64,000 nt of DNA from the NCBI GenBank assembly GCA_963693365.1, contig CAVNZM010000001.1, forward strand, positions 18,028,783 to 18,092,782. Direction: 5' to 3'. Position numbers and translations under genes: made by a program. The DNA is from Amoebidium appalachense (taxonomy: Eukaryota; Protista; Ichthyosporea). Of the stretch, positions 39,182-64,000 are shown piece by piece (position 1 is the first letter of the stretch; each line of letters opens with the position of its first letter). The notes beneath the pieces were generated by a model. It was not told where the DNA came from and made no database searches. It saw only the letters and a list, made by a program, of their open reading frames with translations.

Positions 39182-39324
39182 TGAATGCGTCAAAAAGTAC
39201 GAAGTACACAAGAACAAACGGATAACACGATGCAGAATGCAAGCAATACATAAAGAGTATGCATAATAAGCAGAGCCCATCCTCAGGGGGGGCCCACGTC
39301 ATCCACAGTACCCGAGTTTCGACC
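39177..39324 (-). repeat. Copy of the dispersed element, ~1.2 kb downstream of the SNF2 gene stop
   Basis: GGGTTTGAATGCG ... GAGCCCATCCTCAGGGGGGGCCCACGTCATCCACAGTACCCGAGTTTCGACC on +, abutting poly-G. Confidence 0.8.
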
Positions 39325-39387
39325 TATTCCCCTCGTTAACGAAACCCAACTCAGATACTGTTTCACTTGAACATGAGTAGGTCACGT

Positions 39388-39424
<37 letters not shown>

Positions 39425-40310
39425 AATTGGGACACTTGCCGTGAGGCAACTAGGAAATTGGACAAAACCCCGTGCACGGGATGTTGCTTCAATCCATCAT
39501 CGATAGAGCGGCAAACCATATCAAATGTACAACCATTTTTGAACCTTAGTATTAATTATTCTCTGCGCATCTCCTTGGTTTGGAAACGTGGTACTACATT
39601 ATAGCATGTGAATCTTCTGCGATAATAGATTCCCAACTCAGCTGTGACAAGATCTTCTAGACCACATCACATGGTACTTATCTACTATTGAATTACAAAT
39701 ACATGTTGTTCGATCGTCCCTCGAAACTGTTAAAATAAACACTTCAGGGCTACACGAATTATATCGAAACCTCCTGGATATGTGGCAGAAATTCACTCGG
39801 CCAACAATCGTGCGTGTGCTCAAAACATATGCAACTGGCTACATCTAACAACTGTCCGAGCTATTTTGGTAAACAAATGCGTGCTCTCCTGCAATAATAT
39901 TACTCTCCTCAATCACCACCTTTCCTAGCCCCGGTTTTCGTTATCTTACATTGGTTACTGGTCTCCGAAAAGCACTAAACAGAAATACATAAGTTCAGAA
40001 CATTCAGCATTAAGAAACACGTGCTTTGTGTTCCGAAAACAACGGTATCCATTATGTTGACCTAATTTAGGTTTCAGCACGGCAATAATTATCCATAGGC
40101 AGTAAGGCAGCTAGACTGAGAACCCGAAAAGTGACACTAGGGGGAAAATGGCCGAGAGCGAAAGAAGGGAAGAAAGCCATACTGTGGTGGGGCACAAGAG
40201 CAGCTGTTGAACACAGACTGAGAGTGTCAACCAAATCGGCCTAGTGAAATGCATACTGGGTATGGAAATCGTAATGGTATGTGTGCCCGTGCCCGTGCCC
40301 GTGCCCGTGC

Positions 40311-40341
<31 letters not shown>

Positions 40342-40356
40342 TGTGTGGTTGTGTGA

Positions 40357-40421
<65 letters not shown>

Positions 40422-40527
40422 CGCGTGCGTGCGTGTGTGTGTGCGTGTGTGTGTGTGTGCTCGCGCGTGTGTGCACTTGTGAATGCACCGTGTGTGTTGG
40501 ATCAGAGGGTCTGTAAGAAAGATTCGT

Positions 40528-55509
<14,982 letters not shown>

Positions 55510-55866
55510 GATGCCTACCTCAGCTCTGCGTGGTTTCTACGAGAATACCTATCCTGTTCTTGTCCTTTGCCTTAACAGCTACACTAGAAAAAACTCTAGA
55601 AAGCTCTACAGAGAGTGGGACAATAAACGAGGAAACAATAGGGTACTACAATTTTTGCATGTTTATGGCAACTAGTGAATAAGGACCACGCTTAGCAGGA
55701 ACCTCGGCTCCGCATCAGGTGTTGAGCTGGTGCCCTTCTTTGTTACTTGAACCTATCGCTTCTCTTTTGCTTTTCTACCTACCACCAGCATTGATATTAG
55801 AGCCGTTATGTGTGTTTAGAACGTAAATACCGTGCCCTGTATATTTTTTCTTCCCCTAGCTGTGCC

Positions 55867-58499
55867 ATGTATGAAAAACTGGGAAGGGAGAGCTCCCACA
55901 CGGACCGGCTTGACAGGCGACAGCTAGGAGTGGTCTTGCCGAGCAGCCTGTCTGTCCGGCCACTTCAGATTCCGTTGCTTGGAGGGGCTTTTCGCGCCAT
56001 TTTTATACATCAGCAGATGATTGGTTCCCGTTATTTTAACGTCATTTTGGGCCTGTTACGCACTGATGATGATCGATGTGTAGCTGAAGGTAAAGGGCAG
56101 AAGGTTTTTTATGTGTAGCTGAACTGAAGGGCAGCAAGACAGTTGGACTGTTCACAGCAAGCTCACACCAATTCGTTTCTCATTTGATCAAAGTGAATTC
56201 CTGTTCCACACAATTTAGCACCAAGCAAGAGTCCTGGTTAAGTTATACACGGCAGCCTATGTTACACAGCCCTTCGCGTTAGTTTGCAATTGGGGCAGTG
56301 TAGAGAAAGTCAAAGTGATGGGTTCGATTATTCGTTTCTGCCATGGTTGTCTAGCAGACCCAAGACCACGTCCATGTAGAGGTTTATCAACGTAAACAGC
56401 TTTACTCTCCGATCTTTAACAGTGCAGCGTAAAATGGCTGACCACCATGAAGGGACATCATCTTTTGCGGCGGCAGACCTGCGTATGGCTTCCCCATCTT
56501 TTTTCGCTGTAACATTTTCATGTATATAAAGGAGCCAGCTGTGATGCAATACGCAGAGGACGGGGGGAAGGAGTGATGGGGAAGGGGAGGGGGGGGGGGG
56601 GGGGGGGGTTAGATAAGAAGAAGGATCTGGGACGCATCCCACAGGTTGCTTTTTAGGAAAACAGGAATTATGCTACAACGGGTGACTGCCCTCTCTTTCT
56701 CCCCCCTCCCTCCCTCCCTTCCTCCCTTCCTCCCTCCCTCCCTCCCTCCCTTCCTCACCTCCCTCCCTCCTTCCCCCCCTTCCCCCCCCCCCCCCCCTCC
56801 CCTCCCTCCCTCCCTCCCTCCCTCCCTCCCTCCCTCCCTCACGCACTCACTCACTCATTCACTCACTCACTCACTTCCTCACTCACTCAATCATTCACTC
56901 CCTCTCCCCCCCCCCCCCCCCCTCCCCCCTCCCCCTCCCTCCCTCCCCTCTTCCCTCCCTCCCTCCCTCCCTCCCTTTCTCCCTCCGCCTCCCTCCCCAC
57001 CCTCTCTCTTCTCTCTTCTCTCTCACTCCCCTCCCTATTTCCCTCCCTCCTCTCCTTCCCCACGTCCCCCCCTCCCTCTCCCTCCCTCTCCCTGTATCCT
57101 CCCCCCCCCCCCCTCTTTCTATGTATATCTATATATGTTAGCCCCCCCTCCCCCCCCCCCCCCCCCCCCATACGCACACACAAACACCCACGTGCACACG
57201 CACCTCCTTTCTTAATATGTATGAGTGGGGTGGTCGAGATGTGAGGGTGACTTGGTGAGAAGCCAAAATATACGGCATAATTTTTGGTAAGGTCACAGGA
57301 CTTAGGCCCGGAGCTGCGTTTATAAAAGGGGTAGATGGCACATGAGGGACCGCACTACCTCTTGTTGATGTTATCTGTCAGCTCTACTACTGTCTGCGTA
57401 GCACTAGGGTACTGGAATTGAAACTTTCGGGGGAAATCAGCCCTGGGGCCTGAAGAGTGTGGGGATGGGGGGGGGGGATGGGGGGGGGGAGTGGGGTGAG
57501 GGGACACAAAACAAAAGGAAAAGGGGGTTTGCTAGAGTAGGGGCTCAATGGGCCGTATTGAAAAGAGACATTGCCATTCTGCATGTGATACAATGGTGGG
57601 TGGTATACTAACAATGGGGGTAATCAGCCCCAGCGTCGCCCCCTAGGGGCGCACTGGTGTCTCCAGGACCCATGCGGCCACCGGTGGGTGCTGGGGAGCG
57701 TGAGAGCATGCAGAGAATATCGTCCATGCCTGGAAACATGGCACTTGCTGCAGACCCATATGCCCATAGAATGTTCAGGAAGGATGGCGTGTTGTCTATA
57801 ACGGGCAGGTAAGATGTTTGTGGATTGTTTTGGGGTGTTGCTATTACCTTTATGGGCGTGTTTTTTTTCTGGGGGGGAGGAGGTTAGGGGTGCTGAGAAG
57901 GAGGGAGGTGGGGAGGGAGGGAGGGGGAGAGAGTTAGGGGAGGGGAGAGAGAGAGATAAGAGATGTGGGGGTCATCCGGCAGGGATGAGGTAAATGTTTG
58001 GTTGTTCTGGGTCATTGAGTTATTCTTCACTTTGCTCCTCCCCCCCTCCCACCCGCTCCCCCCATGGGTCGAAACTCAGGCACTGTGGATGATTTGGGGC
58101 GGCGGCCCCGCTAAGAATGGAATCTGTGTTTTAGGCATACACTATGTGTTGTGCGCTCTGTGGTGTGTTGTCCATTATGAATGTGTACCTCGTACTTCAT
58201 ACCCATTCAAACCCTCCCCCCCCCCCCCCTGCCACCACCACGGCTGCTGCCGCCGCTTGCCCCACCACCACCACAAACATCACCCTTCTCCATTCACCCG
58301 TTCGTCCTCTCCCTTCCTCTTTCCCTCCCCTTACCCCCCCCTCTTCGTGTTTCTGCCCCTCCCCCCCCCCCCCCCCCCCCCCCCCCCCGGGCTGTAAAGA
58401 AAAGACATGACGAGGTTCCCTGCTCCTCACCCCTCGTGCATCAAACCCTATTACTCCCACATTTCTACTTTTCCCCTATGGCGAAATCTAACCCGCCCC

Positions 58500-58531
<32 letters not shown>

Positions 58532-59283
58532 ATCCCACGTTTTTCTTTCAGGCCGACTCCAAGGACCGCCGAGTCTCGGTACAACCGGCACGCATTCAGT
58601 CGCATGAGTGCGAGGGAGGTGCTAGGGATGAACACACATACCAGTCTCGATGCAGACCACGAAGCAACAGAGAGTGTTAGCGGTATATTGACAAATTTGG
58701 AATACGAGGCCAATCCTGATTGGGCGGGACGGGCGCATGCACACAGTGAAGTGGCGAAAGACGATGGGACGGTGTTGAAGGTTTCGGAGAATTTGGCGGT
58801 GGAGAGGAAGAGGTTGAAGGCCGGGCAGATTCCTGAGGTGGAAAAGTCGCAAGTGGTAGGTGGTTTGGTGCTGTCGTGGAATCTTTCTTCTCCCTTTTTG
58901 CGCAGACATGCAAGCGCACGTGCACGCATACGCACACTTACACACACGTGTGCGCAAGCTTTTCTGTGCAGTCATTTTACCTTCGTTTCCCCCTCCCCCC
59001 CCCCCCCCCCCCCCCCCCCTTTGGTACGGTATCCTTTCATTCACCAATTCCCCCCCGCCGCTCCCCTCCCCTGCCCCCCCCCCCCCCCCCCTCGGAACCC
59101 ATCGCCTTCTCCCCACTCACACAAAAGCACGAATACATGCCCTTTCGTTTCTCCTCCCTCCCGCAACCTCCCTCCTTTCCCCCCCCCCCCCCCCCAAAAA
59201 AAAAAAAATACACTAACAACATTCCTCGCTCTGCTTCTTGACCCCACTCACACAAGCACACGAATGAATACCCTTCCCTCCCT

Positions 59284-59326
<43 letters not shown>

Positions 59327-59672
59327 ACCCCACACCACCCCTCCTCTCTCTCTTTCTCCCCCCACCCCCCTCCCTTCCCACCGCCTCTACGTATCATAGC
59401 AGTTGCTACCTTCCCCACCACCTTCTCATCTCTGCCACTTTTCCATCGTACCACTCTACCCATTATCCCCCTCTTACCCCCCTCCCCCCCCCCCCCCCCC
59501 CCCCCCCCTTCACAGTCGATCATGGTTCTTGACGGTGACAAGGCCGTGAGGGCCTACCGGGGCCTATCTGAGTTCCTGCAGCAGGACTTTGAGCCCTTGG
59601 TCAGACGGTTCTTCTGGGTGGATGTGTGTGGAGCCACAAAAGACGACATGGCTGTGCTGGAAAGAGTAACCT

Positions 59673-59718
<46 letters not shown>

Positions 59719-60056
59719 CCCCCCCTCCCTTCTCCTCTCCACTCCCCACCCCGGCCCCGGCCCCACCCCCCCACCACCCCACCCACCCCAGGCCCCCCCC
59801 CCCCCCCCCCCGCCACCACCCCCACTACCAGCAAGCACTATGCAAACGAGCATTCACATCTACGTTCGCAAATACACGCACGTGGGGGTGAGCTCATGCA
59901 TGCTGGTACACAAAGGCACCTGTTTTCTGACGTCCCTGCTGCAGTAGCTATCCGTTTCTTTCTTTCTGATTCTTTGTCGTTACTATGTAAATATGCAACC
60001 AAATACAAGCTCCCCGTCGTAATTGTGCTTTTGTTCTGGTGCTTAGCCTCCCTCCC

Positions 60057-60087
<31 letters not shown>

Positions 60088-60577
60088 ACACCCACACACC
60101 CACCCACCCACCCACCCACCCACCCACCCACGCGCCCATCCCCCCCCCCCCCCCCTAAGCGGTACACAAACAACTCAAAGCCCGGCACCATGGCAGCACT
60201 CCACCCGATTTCCTTCTCCCACAGTTGTCGATTTTTTGTCTAGGTCTCCTCCATCGTTTGTCCTCCCTCCCCCCCTTCCCCTCTGCCCTGCCTCGAGCCA
60301 TGTGTGTTCCGCATTTGCAAGTGTGCACCAAACCCCCCTTCAACTTACCCCCTCCCCCTACCCCCCCATTCCTGTTCCCCTTTACCTGCCTCGGCCAAAC
60401 CCATCTGCAGCTAAAGGCAGATTTGTCGTCCTGATGCTCATGTTGTGGTCCACATCCTCTATCCCTCTACCTGACTCCCACACACACACACCTGCCCACA
60501 AACACATGCACGTCTGAGCGCTTAAACACACACACACGCATACACATGCGCGTTCACACGCAGATGGGCATGCACGT

Positions 60578-60648
<71 letters not shown>

Positions 60649-61436
60649 TCTTTGGCCTGCACCCACTGACCACGGAAGATATTCTGACAGACTACACACG
60701 TGAAAAGGCCGAGTCATATGACAATTACCTCTTTGTGGTGGTCCAGGTGAGGAAACGCACCCCCTTCCCGGCCCTACCCAAAGAATAGGAGTAACAAAAG
60801 CTTGGATTTCACAGCTGGAAAGCTGGGGGTAGTGAGGAAATGCTGGTAGGGTGAGCTGGGGGGGCTTTGTTGTAAAAGTCCGTGTCAATAATTATCGTAT
60901 AGGCTGCAGTTTCATAATGGATATTTTATACACTGCAAAAACACCTTTTGGGGTGCCGGGAAGGGCGTGGGGGGGGGGGGGGGGGGGGGGGGGGAGGGAG
61001 GGGGGGGGGGGGGGGATAAGGTGTGAACAGAAATCGTATGGTGTGTGTGTGGGGGGGGGGGGGGGGGGGGGGGGGGGGGAGGGAAGGGGGGTATTTTTTG
61101 TCCTTGCATGGGGCAGTGTGTGTGTGCGCGCGCGCGTGTGTGTGTATGGGTGGGTGGGTGTGTGGGGGGGTGTGCGTGTGTGCGTGCGCGCGCATGCTTG
61201 TGTGCTTGTGTGGTTGTGTGCCACAACGTGCGTGTGCGGGAATGCCTGCACACACATACATAGGCACAAGCACTCGGACCAATGAACCCATCTGTCCACA
61301 CCTCTGTCGCATACGTCTATTGTCTTTGCCCCTCTCCCCATCACCCACGCACCCGCCCACCCACCCACCCACACGCATGGACGCACGCACACATGCACGC
61401 ACACACACACACACAAACACACACACACCCCCTCCT

Positions 61437-61510
<74 letters not shown>

Positions 61511-61513
61511 CCT

Positions 61514-61560
<47 letters not shown>

Positions 61561-63280
61561 ACGCACACACACACCTCTCACAAATACATTCGTATACACA
61601 CCACAGCACACACACTAACGGCGCACGTTTCATGCGCACAGGCGTTCTCATCCACTACCGGGCAAGACCTGCAGCACGCCATGAACATAGACGTGGCCGT
61701 GTTTGCAGACTTTGCCCTCACCTTCCACCCAACACCCTCGAGGTGCATAGACAACGTCGTCAGGGCAATGGGCCAGCAGGATGCATTTCTGCGGTCTGAT
61801 TGGGTGCTCTATCTGGTGGTATGTGTAGAGTTTCTGTTAGTTTCTTCTGCCTTGCGATATGTTATCAATGTTCTCTAGGCGGTTCTTGGCATGTCGTGTG
61901 ATTTGATGCTGTGACTTGCGCCCATCATGAGCTGCTGTTTTCTTGCATCGCACGATGGCTTTTGCAGTGTAAGTGTCTGGAAGGTCCTGTGGGTTCTCCT
62001 TTCATCACGCATGGTTTGCAGTGTTGTAAGTTTCGGTTGTGTTTTCTTTTAGTGCTGGTGTATGAGGGATAAATGATGTGTGTTCAGTGGATAAAGTCAT
62101 TTTTAGTAAACCGTGTGGATAACTGGAATTGCTGATCAATCTTCCCCCCCCCCCCCCCCCCCCCCCCGGAAAAAAAAAACAAAAAAAAACGACCCCCACC
62201 ACCTCCACCACCACCACCACAACCTCAAACACAAACACAACAACAAAAAGAAAGAGCGAATGCATGCGTGTACACACACACACACACACACAACACACAC
62301 CTTCCGGCTCCTTTCTTCCACAGCTGAATGATGTTGCGGATGAGCTTGAGCCCGTAGTCAATGCAGCTGAGAGAGAGGTATTATCCCCCCCCCCCCCCCC
62401 CCCCCCTCCCCTCCCCCTCTTTCCAGCACACACATGCTTTGTCAATCATTCACACCCCTTCACCCCTTGCACGACGGTCTACCAGCAAAACTGTTTCTTT
62501 GGCCTGTCCCCCCCCCCCGCCCTTCCCCCTTCCCATGGGGGGTCCTTCCTTTTGGATCACCGTAGCCCCCACGCGGCCCCACCCATTCACCCCAATTTAC
62601 TCCATGGCCTGTTCCACAACGCTTTCTGCATGTTGCTGTCGATTCGTGTGCCTTTGATGTGGAGAAATGTCGTATTGAAATTCCGTTTCCCTCCCTCCCT
62701 CCCCCCCCCCCCCCCCCCCTCCCCCCTCCCCCCCAGGTTGATGCTATCGACGAGGTGATCTTCTTCCTCACTGAAAACGATGAATCCGACGTGCTGAAAA
62801 GAATATCTGCAGGCAGAAAGCGCCTGACAAAGCTAACGCGAAGGTTGAAACCGAAAAGGTACCAACCCCACCACCACCACCACTACCATAACACGCAAGG
62901 GGGAGAGGGGGGGGAGGGGGGAGGGGGGGGGGAGGGGGGGGGGAGGAGAGAGGGGGGGGGGGGAGGGGGGGAATGTGATTATTCATTAAAGTGGTTCCTA
63001 TGCTGCATACCCCTGATCTCCGTACTTTTCCCCCGGTTCCCGTTGTTTTGGTCTGCCAGCCCCCCCCCCGCGCCTCCCGGCATCCTACTTTGTCTGCTCT
63101 AGCATAGTTAAAAACATCCATACACACACATGCACACACCTCCATGTGCATTTGTGTACAAACATGGGCACACACTAATCCACTACAACCTACTGCACAC
63201 ACATTCATCAGAAAACACACGTGCCTGTTGGATGCACACGTACGCACACAGTCAGGCACGCGGACACCCACACACACACA

Positions 63281-63329
<49 letters not shown>

Positions 63330-63382
63330 ACCCACTCACTCACTCACTCAATCACTTGTACCCACACACGCACACACACACA

Positions 63383-63421
<39 letters not shown>

Positions 63422-64000
63422 ACACGTACACACACGTACACAAGTAACACACACACACACGTACACACATGCACACACAGGGACATTCTTCTGTACATGG
63501 CAGGCACAGGCCGCAGTCTACCCCGTCACGTGCACAAGCAGACTTTCCTGTATGTGAGAGACATTCTCGATCTGGTCATGCAGATGATGGCTAAGGTATC
63601 ATTCATATCCCTCCCCACCCCCAGACACACGGAGAAACAAGAAGGATGAAAAGGATATGTGATTATGTTTGTTTTTTTCGTTCGACAGCCATCTTACTTC
63701 TCCATATTAACGTTGGGCTTATATCAATGCGGTTTCAACTTGTGGGTCGCATTCTCCCCACTCCCCCCCCCCCCCCCCCCCCACCCCCACCCCCCCCCCC
63801 GGCCCCCTTCCCTCCCCAACACACGCATACACACGCACTCACACACATACGCACACGCACACGCGCCCTCTCCCATGCTCTACTCTCATAACCTCTGGAG
63901 CCTCTTGTTGATATCAAGGTCTCCTGTCACCCACGAACGTGTCTTTTCTGTTTGTACTCCCATTACTCTGCTCAACTCGCAAGCTATGTCATTTTTGCAT
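55867..64000 (+). CDS. CorA/ALR1/MNR2-family Mg2+ transporter, multi-exon; 5' end uncertain, 3' end beyond the window
   Basis: Exons 57628-57808, 58551-58855, 59516-59665 (FFWVDV), 60648-60746 ([31 protein letters not shown]), 61642-61818 (LTFH..SDWVLY), 62324-62377, 62737-62858 ([20 protein letters not shown]) and 63481-63595 (LYVRDILD). The GMN motif and TM helices are not reached. Confidence 0.88.
58066..58214 (+). repeat. Copy of the dispersed element (CorA intron)
   Basis: GGGTCGAAACTCAGGCACTGTGGATGA ... CGTACTTCATACCCATTCAAACCC followed by poly-C; 149 bp. Confidence 0.75.
62068..62137 (+). ncRNA. Weak box C/D snoRNA candidate in a CorA intron
   Basis: Box-C-like ATGATGT (62073) and box D CTGA (62132), preceded by CTGGAATTG, which is complementary to the conserved SSU rRNA segment UAAUUCCAG. 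Box C is imperfect and the duplex is only 9 bp. Confidence 0.25.

Noticed and set aside
39600-39850. Coding-looking AT-rich stretch (..HELYRNLLDMWQKF..)
   Set aside because: Short, stop-interrupted and not assignable to any family.

Overview
Intron-rich eukaryotic nuclear DNA, most consistent with a unicellular holozoan (ichthyosporean-like). This is an inference from a tyrosine-kinase domain with HRDIATRN, calcium-binding EGF and POMK/PKDCC-like genes, and introns packed with poly-C/G, (CA)n and (CT)n. Most ORFs in the supplied track are low-complexity artefacts. Genes I could reconstruct from exons: an intronless AAA+ ATPase (-); a decayed receptor tyrosine kinase (beta-helix and Cys-rich ectodomain, kinase C-lobe) whose middle is occupied by a MITE-like element and a 5'-truncated non-LTR retrotransposon; an intronless secreted Ala/Pro-rich precursor; a signal-peptide and C-terminal-TM kinase of the POMK/PKDCC clade (-, with a GC-AG intron); ALG13 (+); eIF3j (-); a cbEGF gene remnant; a RAD5/RAD16/ULS1-type SNF2-RING helicase (-); and a CorA/ALR-type Mg2+ transporter (+, runs off the window). 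The most striking unexplained signal is a family of ~150-bp elements with about 10 copies. They have short GGGT(C/T)NAA terminal inverted repeats, a G-U-rich hairpin and usually a 3' poly(C) run, and every intronic copy lies in the sense orientation of its host gene. Exon coordinates were read by eye and are not transcript-verified.
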